Shown here: in pieces, positions 36,101 to 48,946 of the stretch
How positions within the stretch are numbered: the first letter of the stretch is position 1
How the letters are laid out: every line of letters begins with the position of its first letter
Assembly (NCBI GenBank): GCA_051313645.2
Contig: JBNRSN020000028.1
Span: forward strand, 14,880,001 to 14,944,000
DNA length: 64,000 nucleotides
Origin: Centroscyllium fabricii
Taxonomy: Eukaryota
Reading direction: 5' to 3'
Notes under the pieces: model-generated
The model's input: only the letters and a program-made list of their open reading frames with translations
Told to the model about the DNA's origin: nothing
Databases searched by the model: none
Translations under genes and position numbers: made by a program

Positions 36101-37990
36101 ATTAGAGAACCTGCCCATTACCCCTACTCCCTGTCTCCTGTCCCTCAGCCCATTAGAGAACCTACCCATTACCCCTACTCTCTCTCTCCTGCCCCTCAGC
36201 CCATTAGAGAACCTGCCCATTACCCCTACTCCCTGTCTCCTGCCCCTCAGCCCATTAGAGAACCTGCCCATTACCCCTACTCTATGTCTCCCGTCCCTGA
36301 GCCCATTAGAGAACCTGCCCGTTACCCCTACTCACTGTCTCTTGCCCCTCAGCCCATTAGAGAACCTGCCCATTACCCCCACTCTCTGTCTCCTGCCCCT
36401 CAGCCCATTTCCTCACCAATCAATGATTTCCTTCACTTGAACGAGCTTCAACTTTAGCTGACATTCTCTTGTAAGAGACGTTATCAAATGCCTGCTGGAA
36501 GTCCGTAAAATAACATCCATAGACAACTCCCTTTCCAGTACTTCGTCACCTCTTCAAAATATTCAATCAAATTCGTCAGGCTCTCTCTGACCAACTGAAA
36601 ACTTTCAAGGTGTTCAGTCACCTACCCTTAATTATAGACTCTAGCAATTTCCCCAAAACAGAAGTGAGGTTAACTGGTCTATAATTACGTGGTTTTCCTC
36701 TCTCGCCTTTCTGAAATAGCAGTGACATGCGTCATTTTCCAATCTAGAAAACTGTTCCCGAATCGAGAGAACTTTGGAAGGTTATAGTTAGGACACCTGC
36801 AATGTTCTCACTTGCATCCTCTGAAACCCTGGCTTGGAAACCATCCTGTCCTGGGGATTTGTCACTCCTCAGTGCCATTGTTTGCTTCATTATTGTTATT
36901 TTTCTTATGTTAATTTTGGTAATTTCCCATCCCTGTGTCAATATTAGTTTCCTTGGAATGCCTGGATGCGATTCTCTTCCTCCACTGAAAATACTGACGC
37001 CAACTAATTATTCGACATGTCCGCCTTTCAGTATTTTCATTGAGAACGTCGGTTTTCAGGGGACCCGCATTGCTCATAACCAACTTCATTTTCCTAATAT
37101 AATAGTTAAAAAATTGTTTATTTTTCTCGCCCTTGCAAGTTACTTTTCATACTCTAATTCTGAAGCTCTTACTATGTTTTTTACTTGTGTTGTTCTTTTT
37201 ACATCTCCCAGGATCAGGGTTAGTTTTTGTATATTTGTAAGCTTTATCTTCTAGTTTTATGTTGTCCCTTACCTCTTTAGTTGTGATTGGCTGTTTCTTG
37301 GCAGTTAGTGGCCTTGCCCATTAGGGGTATAATCTGATTCAGTATCACACTAAATTCCTTTTTGAACATCTCCCACTGATATTCTGTCGTTTCGCCCATG
37401 TTTTGTCCAGTTTACTGTGGACACCCCCTGCCCCATTCCATTGAAGTCAGCCTTACCTAATTATATCATCTTAGCAGCTGCTTCGCGTTTTTGCATTGAA
37501 ACATTAGGATGAACTCGATCATATTATGATTGCTATGTGATAAATGTTACGCATAGTTGTGCTGCTAACTACATCTGGCTCATTACCCATTGCGAAATAT
37601 AATATGACCTGCCCCCTTTTTGATTCTAGGACATATTATTGCAGGAAACTATCCTGAACCAACAAAATCAATTCGCTTCTTATTGACATGAGTTACTCTT
37701 CTTATCCCAATCTGCATGATAGTTAAATTCCCCCATTAAAATCATTCTGCCTTTTCCACACGCTTGCCTAATCTCTGCATTTATACATTCTACCACTTCA
37801 CAACTGCTACCAGAGGGCATATAGATAACTCCCACTGCAGTATTAAACCTTTTCCTATTTTAATTCTACCCACAAAGTCTCCATTGCCTGCTCCCCTCTC
37901 GGTATATCCCCTCTTACCATTCAAGTGAATTCATCCCAACTCACTAAGGCTGCTCCTCCCCTTCCACCATTTTCCCTAACCTCTGCCTAT
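30130..37990 (-). mobile_element. Decayed CR1 LINE hosting an internal satellite expansion
   Basis: Minus-strand RT remnants on both sides of the array: DFQQAFD at ~36490, QGSVLG at ~30850-30865, KSPGQDGF at ~36850. Confidence 0.8.
30895..36409 (+). repeat. 51-bp tandem satellite, ~108 copies, derived from CR1 RT
   Basis: Unit TTAGAGAACCTGCCCATTACCCCTACTCTCTGTCTCCTGCCCCTCAGCCCA. Minus strand reads GRRQRVGVMGRFSN, compared with CR1 DRKQRVGVNGSFS. Confidence 0.97.
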
Positions 37991-38260
37991 ACTCCTTTAA
38001 TATACTGAGTGACATTCTGAGTGATGCCGTCAGAGGACGTAGGAGGAAGTAGAGAATCTACATCTGAAGAGTCGTCACTCCTGTTGAAATGCTGTTACCC
38101 AATTAATGCATTCGGTAGCTTTACCAGAACCAGAATTGGAAGAGTCACTCCCCCACCCTCTGTTATACCTTCCAGTCGAACAGTTTCTTACTTTACTCCG
38201 TACAACAGATTGCAACAGGAAATAGAACTGTTCCTCCAAGGGGTTGTTGGTGTAGATACC

Positions 38261-38703
38261 ATGTCTTACCGTCACCTCGTTATATTGTGGCTGGTTGTCG
38301 GTAGGTATAGCGATGCCTTATGTCTGTTTGCACTAATATGATGTTAATACACTTTCTATCTCTGTATTGTATTCAATCCTCAGTTAACTTTTATTTCAGG
38401 GGAGATTCGGGCAGATTCAGTGTCACAACCTCAGACCACGCTCTCTGTCACTGAAGGAGAGGTTGTGAAAATACACTGTAGCTACACAACATGGCACAGT
38501 GACCCCGATCTCTACTGGTTCCAGCAGTACACGAACCAGGCTCCGCGATTTATTTTATACCGGGATAACAGCAGGAAATATGATGCCGAATTTGCCACGG
38601 GAAGGTTCGAGGCCGACCAGGCCAACGCAGAAAAGCAGTTTCCTTTAACCATCACTGGAGCAGAAATCCAGGACACCGCAGTATATTTCTGCGGGTTGAG
38701 TAT
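38261..38703 (+). CDS. TRAV: TCR alpha/delta V gene segment, apparently functional (leader 38261-38300, V exon 38400-38703)
   Basis: MSYRHLVILWLVV|GEIRADSVSQPQ..KIHCSY..YWFQQ..DTAVYFCGLS; open frame. Confidence 0.9.
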
Positions 38704-38742
38704 CACAGTGTTTTAAATCTCATCTGTCTCTGTACAAAAACC
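38704..38742 (+). other. Consensus 23-RSS
   Basis: CACAGTG-23-ACAAAAACC. Confidence 0.97.
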
Positions 38743-38807
38743 TCAGCAAACTAACAGTGTCGCAGACGGTGCCTGCAGTTCAAGGGACCAAACCCTTGTT
38801 AAAAAGT

Positions 38808-39175
38808 GTCAGCCGTGGCTCAGTCGGTCTCCCTGTCGCATCTGAGTCAGAAGGCTCTGGTCCAAGTCCCATCCTAGAGACTCTAGGCTGAAAATCCCAG
38901 CGCAGTACTTCCGGATGAGGCCTTAGACTGAGGACCCATCCGCCCTCTCAGGTGTATGTTCAAGATTCTACGGTAGTATTTTGAAAAATAGCTGTGGGCA
39001 GTACCCCGGTATCCCGAGGCCAATATTTATCCCTGAACTGACATTACTGAAAACAAATTATCACGTTGTTATTTGTGGAAGCTTGCTGTGCGCAAATTGG
39101 CGACATTACAACAGTTGTCCACATTACAACAGCGACTACACTTAAAAATGACTTCAGTGGCATTTTAGGAACGTT
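38808..39175 (+). mobile_element. DeuSINE (SacSINE1-like)
   Basis: tRNA-like head GTCAGCCGTGGCTCAG, Deu-domain-like CCCTCTCAGGTG..GGCCAATATTTATCCCT; paralogs at 52960 and 60457. Confidence 0.7.
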
Positions 39176-39944
39176 GCGACAGGATTAATGGACCTTTCCT
39201 ATCTATCATTGTTCGTATATACAGCAGATGATTATCGTAACTACTGGGGCGGTCTCACTGCCAGACTCGCACAGAGTTATTTATTGGAGTGGGCATGGGG
39301 GATTCTGCATCTTTCCCGGGAGAGGTTTGAAGACTCTTTGCAAAAATCCCAGCACACGACTTGAGCCCAGACCTTTAAAGGGTCTCTACTGCTGAGCATA
39401 CAACATAGCGCTGAACCCAAGGCAGCTCGCCTTCTCAGGTAACTCCCTTTAGCTTCATTACGCTGCTCAATCCCTCACCTCCATCTCCTGTTTACTCACA
39501 TCCTGCAAAACAAGGCTTCCGATGACCTAGAGTTTTGGGCGCGAAAAAACGGAAACCGCAGGATGTAATTTGCATCGATAATAAAATCCACGATGAAATG
39601 TGTGAGGCCAACCGAGTTACTCTTGCGGTTGTTAACCCTGAGCAGCGGTTTCTATCTATTGCAAGGGCAATATGGCAGCAAAAACCTCGGTGGTATAAGT
39701 TATTATAACTTTTCTGTAACCCTTTTTGTGCTCGGTGTGTGTGAGAATGGGAGAAGGGGCGTTTTAAAGCGGCGATAAGAGTAGAAAAAGATAGAGTGGA
39801 TTGCAATCCGGGAAATATTACATTAAATCAGCAAGTGAGTGAAATATAACACAAGACAGTCAACCTCTGAATGTGAAGGACATGCCAACGCTTTCCTGAG
39901 AGATCGTGGCTGCCAAGAGTTAAGAAAAAACTTTGGATCTATTT

Positions 39945-42260
39945 TTATTTATTCTGGGGATATGGGCGCCGCTGGCATGGCGGCATCTATTGCCCATTCC
40001 TAATGGCCCTTGAGAAACTGCTGGTGAGCCGACTTCTGAACTGCTGTAGTCAGTATGTTGAAAGTATTCCTACAGTGCTGTGAGGGAGGGAGGTCCAGGA
40101 CTTTGACCTAACGATGAAAAATTAGCAGAGTTATACTTTCAGGTCAGGATGGAGTGGGACTTGGAGGCGGTAGTGTTCCCGTGGTCCTGCTGCCCTTCAC
40201 CTTCGAGGTGGCAGAGGTTGTGGGTTTGGGAGGTGCTGCCGAAGAAGCCTTGGCGAGTTGCTGCAGTGCATCCTGTAGATGGTACACACTGCTGCCACAG
40301 TGCGCCGGTGGTGGAGGGAGTGAAGGTTTAAGGTGGTGGATCAGGTACCGTTTTGTGATGAATGGTCTCGAGATTGTTGAGTGTTGTTGGAGCTGCACTC
40401 ATCCAGGCAGGTGGAGTATATTCCATCACACTCCTGACTTGTGCCTTGTAGATGGTCGAAAGTCTTTGGGGAGTCAGGAGCTGAGTCACCTGCCGCAGAT
40501 TACCCAGCCTCTGATCTGCTCTTGTAGCCACTGTATTTTTGTGGCTGCTCCAGTTATGTCTCTGGTCAACGCTGACCCCCAGGATCCTGATGGTGGGCGA
40601 TGCGACGATGGTAATGCCAGTTAATGTGAAGTGAAGGTAGTTCGACTCACTCTTGTTGGAGATGGTCATTGCCTGGCACTGTGTGGCGCGAAAGTTACTT
40701 TCCACTTCTCAGCCCAAGCCTGAATGTTGTCCAGGTCTTGCTTCCTGCGGGCACAGACTGCTTAATTAACTGAGGAGTTGAGATGGCACTGAAAACTGTG
40801 CAATCATCAGCGAACATCCCCACTTCAGACCTCATGTTGGAGGGAAGGTGATTGATGAAGCAGCTGAGGATGGTTGGGCCGAGGACACTGCCCTGAGGAA
40901 CTCCTGCAGCGACGTCCTGGCGCTGAGGTGTCTGGCCTCCAACAACCAGAACCATCTTTCTGTGTGTTAGGTACAACTCCAACCAGTGGAGCGTTTTCCC
41001 CCTGATTCCCATTGACTGCAATTTTACTCGGGTTCCCTGATGCCACACTCGGTGAATTGGTGCCTTCATCTCAATGACAGCCACTCTCACCTCTCCTATG
41101 GAATTCAACTCGTTTGTCCATGTTTGAACCAAGGCTGTAATGAGGACTGTAGCCGAGTAGTCCTGGTGGAACCCAAACTGATCGTCGGTGTGCAGGTTAC
41201 TGGTGGGTAAGTGCTGCTTGAAATAATGTAGACGACACCTTCCATCACTTTGCTGATGATTGAAAGTCGACTGATGGGATTATAATTTGCCGACATGCAT
41301 TCGTCGTACATTTTCTGGAGAGGACATACCTGGGAATTTCAATTTTTTCTGGTAGATGCCAGTGTTTTAGTTATACTGGAACAAAGTGTCTAGAAGCTTA
41401 GCTAGTTCTGAAGCACAGGTCTTCAGCACGACAGTCGGGATGTTGTCGGGATCGTAAGCTTTTCTGTATCCAGTATGCTCAGTCATCTCTAGATACCACG
41501 TGGAGTGAATCAATTTGCTGCAGAATGACTTCTGTGATGGTGGGAACCACAGGAGGAAGCCGATATGGATCATCCACTCAGCACTTCAGTCTGATGATGG
41601 TTGCAATCGCTTCAGCCTTGTCTTTTGCACTCATCTGCTGAACTCGGCCGTCATTGAGGATAGTAATGTTCATGGCACCACCTCCTCCCGTTATTTGTTC
41701 AAATGTCCACCACAGTTCACGACTGGAAGTGGCAGGACTGCAGAGCTTTGAACTGATGCGTTGGTTATGGGATCGGTTAGCTCTGTCTATTTCATGCTCC
41801 TTCCGCTTTTAGCATGCATGTAGTTCTGTGTTGTATCTTCCCCAGGTTGGCTGCTCCTGAAATGCGCTTCTACTCTCCTCATTGAACCAGGGTTGGTCCC
41901 CTGGCTTGATGGCAATGGTAAGTGAGGAATATGCCGGGCCATGAGGTTGTAGATTGTGGTGGAATACAATTTTGCTGCTGCTGCTGGCCCACAGCGCCTC
42001 ATTGATGCCCAGTTCTGAGCTGCTAGATCTGTTCTGAATCTATCCCATTCCGAACAGTGGTATTGCCAAATAACAAGATGGAGCGTGTCCTCGGTGTGAA
42101 GATGGGGTTTCGTAGCCGCAAGGTCTGTGCGGTGGTCCCTGCTATCAATATTGTCATGGACAGATGCATCTGCGACGTGTAGGTTTGTGAGAATGAGGCC
42201 AGGTTTTTCCCTCGTGTTGCTTCTCTCACCATGTGGCACAGGGCCATTGGAGCAGCTATG
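39945..42260 (-). mobile_element. CR1-group LINE family B, 5'-truncated and decayed
   Basis: GVPQGSVLGP, MFADD, YKAQVRSVMEY in frameshifted ORFs 40328-42247. Confidence 0.88.
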
Positions 42261-42264
42261 TCAT

Positions 42265-43700
42265 AGAATCATATAAAGTTCCAGAAGGGAAGGAGGCCAT
42301 TCGGCCCATGGTGTCTGCGCCGGTTTCTCCAGCATAATCTCACTTTGCAGCTCCCGGTACATAGCCTCACAAGTTACTGCACTCCAAGAACATGTCGGAG
42401 CACTTCTTAAATGTGATGATTGTATTTGTCTCTACCATCCTTTCAGCCAGTGGGTTCCAGACCCCCAGAGCACGCAGGGTGAAAAAGATTCGCTCCAACT
42501 ACCCTCTAATCTTTCTATCAATTAATTTCAATCTATGACTCCTGGTTATTGGCCTCTCTGCTGTGGGAAAACCCACCCTATTTAGGCCCTTCACAATTTT
42601 ATGCCCATCAATTAATTCTCCGCTCAGCCTCTTCCGTTCCAAGGAAAAGATCCCCTGCCTATTCAATATTTCTTCGTTGCTAAATTACTCCATTCCTGAC
42701 AGTAACCTCGGAAAGTTCCTCTGCACTCATGACTCGGCCAGTTTAGTCAGTAGTGATGCTACCGAGCCCCTCTTTGGGATGGACATTGAAGTACATTCTG
42801 TGCTTTTGCTACTCTCAATGCTTCTTCAGAGGAAATGGCAGCATAGTGGTAATGTCAATGGGCTAGTAATCCAAAGGCTTGGATTTATGAGTTCATGAGA
42901 CATGAGTTCAAATCTCACCACGGCAGCTGGGGAATTCAAATTGCTAATTAAATACAAGCTGGAATAAAAATCTAGTATCATTAATGGTAATCATGGAACT
43001 ATCGGATTGTCGTGAAAGTGAATACTGCAAAGTCCTCATCATTGAATCTGGACACCATTAAGTCTCATGGCTTAAGGTCAAGCATGGGCAAGGAAACCTG
43101 CTGAATACCAGCTGCCGCCCTCCCTCAGCTGATGAATCAGTACAACCTCCATGTTGAAGACCACTTGGAAGGAGCATTAAGAGGAGCAAGGTCACAGAAT
43201 GTACTCTGGGGGGGCGGGGGGGGGGGGACTTCAATGTCCATCGCCAAGAGTGACGTGGTAGTATCACTACTGGCTGTCCCTGAAGGACATAACTGCCACG
43301 AGGGAAAAACCTACTTGCCCTGGACTTCACCCGTGTCAGGTGCAGTATTGGTCGCAGTGTCCACTGAACAGATCTAGCAGCTCAAAACTGGGCATCCAAG
43401 AGGCGTTTTGGCCCATCAGCAGCACCACAATCTGTACCCTCATGGCCCTGGCAAATCTCTCACTCTACCATTACCACCATGCTCGGGGACCAAACCTGGT
43501 TCAATAAGGAGTGCAGGGTGCCAGGAGCAGCACCAGGCGTACCTACAAATGAGGTACCGTGGCTGCAGTGGGTACCATTTACAAGATGCACTGCAGCAAC
43601 TCGCCAAGGGTTCTTCGACAGCGTCTCCCAAACCCGCGCCCTCAACCATCTAGAAGGACAAGGGCCGCAGGCGCCGGGAACACCACCACCTCCAAGATAC
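42265..43700. mobile_element. Nested LINE/SINE fragments
   Basis: CR1 tail (minus) 42265-42725, tRNA-SINE ~42840-43020, family B LINE pieces (plus) 43050-43700. Confidence 0.6.
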
Positions 43701-44519
43701 ACTGTCAAAACTAAGCCACGCTCCAGAAACTTCTTTCAGTCTCTTCCAGTGAAATTACATTTAAATGTTTTTAAGAAGCCTCTAAAAGCTCATTTAAAAA
43801 CGTGTATTTGTTTGTGAAGCGATACCATAAGTTAGCAATCCTTTCAGACGCACTCAAAGGGATTCCAATGTTGTCCTGCCGGGGCGACTAACACATTCGA
43901 ACAGATAATAAGCAGGTTTTAAGAGAACACTGAATGAAATGATCTTGACGATGTGTATGTGTCACAGCAATGCTCAATGTGAATTAAAGTTCGCGGCTAC
44001 AACTAAAGTGCAGTGATTTGTCAGCAGGTCTTTGTCACAATCATCCTCACTGTACAACTTTTGTTCGATTTTAGAAAAAAAACATTCCTAATTTTGCTTT
44101 ATTTTTTTCATACAAACTCACAATTTATAAGTCCCTAGATATACAACTTCCTGTTTTGACACTCAGCAAAGCTCTAACAATGTTTCATAACGCCAACAAG
44201 TAATGTTGTTAAACTTCAGAAAGATTCCCAGCCAGTACTGACATTACTTTTTAAATCCAGATTTATTTAACTGAAATTGAATATTCTAGCTGCCAGTGTT
44301 GGGATCTGAATTCACAGATTATCATAAATCATTAATTTAAGGTTCTGGGCTATTGGTGTCGTAACATAAATGCTCCACTACCATCCCCGATTAGTTTAAT
44401 TGGTACCGAATCATCTCACTCGGTAGGTATAGGTATAGGTATAGGTAATGCTGAGGAAATAGCCACATTCACAGTTTTAATATCAAAAAGAAATTGTTGC
44501 ACATTTCAAACTGTATAAT

Positions 44520-45346
44520 GGGCCCTGTTTTCCTGTGCTCCAGAGGAGCTGCACCCCCACGAAGGGGGGTCAGAAATGCCTCGTGGGTATGCAGCACGGG
44601 GGATGCCCACGAACGGGAATTTCCTGTGCTGATGGGCAAGGCCCTTCAGCTCCCAACGCAGGAAGACCTTGCACTGACAATTTCCTGTCAGAATGGGTGA
44701 TTTTTAGAGAGTAATTCCGTGTGCAACTGGCTCACAAGCTGCCCACGAAAAAAACAGGAGTAAGAGGGTGAAGATTTAGTTTTTGAAGCAGGTAAGTTAA
44801 TTTTTTAACTTTAATTTAAAGTTTTTAAAGTTTTGGGGAGTAGTGTGGCCAGATCGGTAGCGTTAAATTTTTAAGTTAAAATTAACAAATACGATTTTAA
44901 GTTAATTTACCTGTTTCAAATCGCTAATTTTTAAAGTTACATTTCTGAAATTTTTAACTCTCTAGCTAATTTAAAATTTAAAAAAATCTAAGAGGAAAAA
45001 ATCGCTGACTTACCTTCCGTTTCTTCCTCTGAGAAGCTGCTGTGCCCCCGCGCTGCTCCCCGCGAGTCTGTTGTGCAGCCCCGCACTTCCCTGCTCTCAC
45101 TAAGGTCCGACTCGGGATCTCGTCATTTAAATTAGGGATCTGGGGGGCGTTTGTTATTTAAATTAGGGATCTGTGGGGGCGTGGCTGGACACGCACCAAC
45201 AAAAGCCTGACCCGTACGCAGCACCCGAAGACGTTTTTTTAAACAGGAAATTGACGTTCTGTTTTCTGAAAAAAGTTGTTGCGTGCGATTAGGCATCGCC
45301 AGGGTCCTAGCACACGCACAAACCGGTTCACAGCAAAACATGATTT
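44520..45346. mobile_element. Possible non-autonomous DNA transposon
   Basis: Imperfect TIRs CCCTGTTTTCCTGTG / CACAGCAAAACATGA flanking an AT-rich core. Confidence 0.3.
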
Positions 45347-45463
45347 CGCTGAAAGTTGCGAAGAAAGGAACTTTTCACGTAAACAGCCACGTTGCAACTA
45401 CCGGAATGTTCTCTCTCTGGTTCATTGACGGGGCAATGGTTTGTGCTCATTCAACAGGAACAC

Positions 45464-45547
45464 ACCACGATGGCCCAGTAGTTAAGGCGTTGGACTTAAA
45501 ATGCAAGGGACCAAATGTTCACGTAGGTTCCAGCTCTGCTCCTGATA
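45464..45547 (+). tRNA. tRNA-Leu(TAA) pseudogene
   Basis: ACCACGATGGCCCAGTAGTTAAGGCGTTGGACTTAAAATGCAAGGGACCAAATGTTCACGTAGGTTCCAGCTCTGCTCCTGATA closely follows vertebrate tRNA-Leu-TAA; T-loop and stems mutated. Confidence 0.75.
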
Positions 45548-46029
45548 ATCTGTTTTCCAGTGTTGTTTCTCTGTTATTGTCTAATGACGTCAAGGGATCT
45601 GGAGGCAAGGCGGGTAAATGAGGTTGATGGGCAGATCAGCAATGATCTTATTGATATGCGGGGCAAGCTCAAAGGGCGGAATAGCCTCCTCCCGTTCATA
45701 TAGAAGAAGAATGTTTATTCAAAGTACAGGAATGGAGAGGGGCAGCTGGAGAAAGAGGCAGAGAGAGAGAGAGAGAGAAAAAGAGAGATAGAGAGAGAGA
45801 GAGAGAAACATATAGCGGGAGATCGATTGACAGACCGAGAAAGAATGATCCATTTCCTACAGTAAAATTATAGGCTTAGCACAGAAGGCCACAATCGTAG
45901 ATCGGATTAGGAGTTTGTTAAGGCGGGTAAATTGTGTTAAGTTACAAATCAGCGGTGTTCGAATTGAATTCAGGTTCGAGGGCCTACTCATGTTCCGGAT
46001 GTTTCTAAAGATGAATTTATCTTAAAAAT

Positions 46030-46820
46030 ATATAGACAGAGAGAGACAGAAGGAAAAAGTGGCCGTGGGAAAGAAACAGAGAGAGACAGACATCGCAGAA
46101 AAGAACATTAAAGGAGAAGGCTAGGCAGAGAGTAACAGAGTGAGACAAAGTGACAGACATGCAGGCGGAGAGGACCAGAGGGGGAGAAAGAAGCAGAGAG
46201 AAACAGGCCGAGAGAGAGAGAGAGAGAGAGATAGGCAGAGCGATAAAAAGAGTGAGAGACAGACAAAGAGGAACAGACAGAGGGATAGGCAGAGAGGAAC
46301 TCAGAGACAGACAGAGGCAGAGAGGAACAGAGGGAGAGAGAGGCAGAGAGGAACTCAAAGACAGACAAACAGACAGACAGAGAGGAACAGAGGGACAGAG
46401 AAAGAGAGAGACAGACAGACAGCAGAGAGGATCAGACAAAGCGATAGGCAGAGAGGAACTCAGAGAGAGGCAGAAAGACAAGTAGAGAGGAACAGAGCAA
46501 GAGAGAGAGCGAGAGACAGATTGGGGAAAAGGTTACAGAGAGAGCAAGACAGGCAGACAGGCAGAGAAGAACAGAGAGAGGGAAAAAAGGCAGATAGGAA
46601 CAGGGCGAGAGAGAGAGAGGCAGATTGGCAGAGAGCTACAGAGTTTGAGAGACAGACAGACAAAGTGGAAAACAAAGAAATAAAGAGAGACAGACAGACG
46701 GGTAGAGGGGAACAGAGAGGGAGAGAGCCAGAAAGGCAGGAAGGCAGAGAGGAATCCAGAATGACAGACCGACGGACAAACAGCGAGAGAGTGAGAGAGA
46801 CAGAAGGAAAGACAGAGAAA
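46030..46820 (+). repeat. GA/GACA-rich low-complexity tract
   Basis: Degenerate (GAGA/GACA)n. Confidence 0.85.
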
Positions 46821-47448
46821 TAATTCTCAATTTCTTGCCATAAAAGGGAAGGTTCAGCACAGAAGGCCGCACCCGCAGATCAGTTGAGGAGTTTGAAAGA
46901 TGCACTGTGTATTGATGTAGTGAAGAGAATTATAATTAAAAAGATTAAATCCTGCCGTGGTTAACAAGACAATGATGTAAACTGGGCGGGCAAATGAACT
47001 CTTCCTATTTCTGTGTTGCATCTTCCTATCTCCTGATAGTGTAACAGCAACAACCAGTCAGTGACGGGGATGTGACCCGGAGGGCCCGAGACTGCCCGCT
47101 TTCAAGAACCGCACATTTCCCAGCGTCTAACCTCAGTGTCTGAGAGACGCGCACCTGTTAACCGTTTTCTCTGTTCAGTTCCCCGTCTCCACACAGAGCA
47201 GTTAAACCAGCGGTTTCCGCAATGGGGCCGCTGACAGCTCAATGTCCGTCGACCCGTCAAACCCTTATTCAGTCACATTGATTTCATACAATAGGACAGG
47301 ATTTAAAAATAAACCTAGAAATCAGAAATTGATTTCGAGGATTAATAAATGCCCCCTCTGTCTGTCAGTCTCCATTCTCTGTCTTTCTCCCTCTGTCTAT
47401 CTCTGTCTTTCTAGCGATCTGTATCTCTCTCCTTCTCTCTCCGTTCCT

Positions 47449-47676
47449 NNNNNNNNNNNNNNNNNNNNNNNNNNNNNNNNNNNNNNNNNNNNNNNNNNNN
47501 NNNNNNNNNNNNNNNNNNNNNNNNNNNNNNNNNNNNNNNNNNNNNNNNNNNNNNNNNNNNNNNNNNNNNNNNNNNNNNNNNNNNNNNNNNNNNNNNNNNN
47601 NNNNNNNNNNNNNNNNNNNNNNNNNNNNNNNNNNNNNNNNNNNNNNNNNNNNNNNNNNNNNNNNNNNNNNNNNNNN
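47449..47676. other. Assembly gap (228 N)
   Basis: Run of n. Confidence 1.
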
Positions 47677-48009
47677 TGTCCTCCGTTCTGTCTCTGTCTC
47701 TAAGTTTAACGGTATTTTACCCCTTTCTCTCTTTGTCTCTCTATCACTCTTTCTATCTATATGTGTGTGCCTTTCTCTCTCTCTCTCTGCCGCGCTCTAT
47801 TCTCACTACTTGAATGTCAAAAGATGCATTTCTTTAGTTCAGATTTCGGAATATTCGCAAATGTCATTTTACTTCAATCAACCATTTTTTCCCTGTTGCA
47901 AACCCACAGCCGGAAACTGTGGGTATCTGATTCTGGTCCTGTCAGTGATGAAGTCTCACTGTCCACACATTGAGCTCCCATCCCGCAGGGTAGGTCACAA
48001 TCCAGCCAT

Positions 48010-48355
48010 TGTTTCCTTACGAGGCCTGTATCAGTTTAAAGCTCTGTGATCTTCAGCACACAGTAATACATCGCACTGTGACCCCGCTGTGAACCCGCCA
48101 GGGTTAAACTGAAGAACCGATCCGATACTCGGAGGGTAGAAGAGAATCGGCCTCCCACACCCTCTGGGGTTTGTTCTCCTCCCTCAGAATTCCCTCTGAC
48201 TAAAAGCACCGGCGCCTCCCCCGTTCTCTGCCGATACCAGAGCCGATCATATCGGCGGCTGTCTGTGGAGCATGAACAGGGCAGCACCAGGCGCTCTTTC
48301 TCCACGCAGGGCACTGATGCTGTCGGTTTCTTTACTGTATTCGAACAACACACTC
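48010..48355 (-). pseudogene. TCR V exon, open frame, weak RSS, no leader found
   Basis: Acceptor TATGCAG. GVCCSNTV..LPCSC..LWYRQRTGEAP..HSAMYYCVLK (48355-48049). RSS CACAGAG-23-AAGGAAACA. Confidence 0.8.
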
Positions 48356-48946
48356 CTGCATAAATAAAAATAAAACAAATAGAGACTAAGACCCCGGAGA
48401 CAGGATTATCTGCTCATCCCTCTCTTCATCCTAGAATCCTGGTATGACAGAATGAGACAGCCCAGAAGGAGGCTATTCGGCCCATCGTGCTTGTGCCAGA
48501 TCGTTGGTAGAGCGACACAATTAGTCCAACTCCCCTGTTCTTTACACGGAGCCTTGGAAATGTTTGTCTTCGAGTATTTACCTAATTCCTTTCTGAAAGT
48601 AACTCCACCACACTTTCAGGCAGTACATTGCAGATCAGGGGAGGCGGTGGCGTTGTGGTTATGTCCCTAGACTGGTAAAACAGAGGGTCTAGTAAACCAG
48701 AGGCTCAGTCAAATGCTCTGAGGATATGGGTTAAAATCCCACCACGGCAGCTGTAATGGGCACATCCCTGAACTACTCCGAAGGAGGAATAAATCTCTTC
48801 GATTGAAGTTGATTCTTCAAAAGTATTCCCAATTTAACCGTGTTTTGAACGCATGCTGACGGTTAATGGTGAATCGATTTTAGGGTTTTGTTGTTGAGGA
48901 GAAAAGTTCCATTTGTTAGAAATGAAAATCGAAGGTGATGTTGTCG

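Noticed and set aside
31293-36457. 446-aa and 533-aa repetitive proteins
   Set aside because: Artefact of a 51-bp (3n) unit with stop-free frames; antisense to CR1 RT.
46017-46905. R/E-rich and S/L-rich ORFs
   Set aside because: Translations of GA microsatellite-like DNA.
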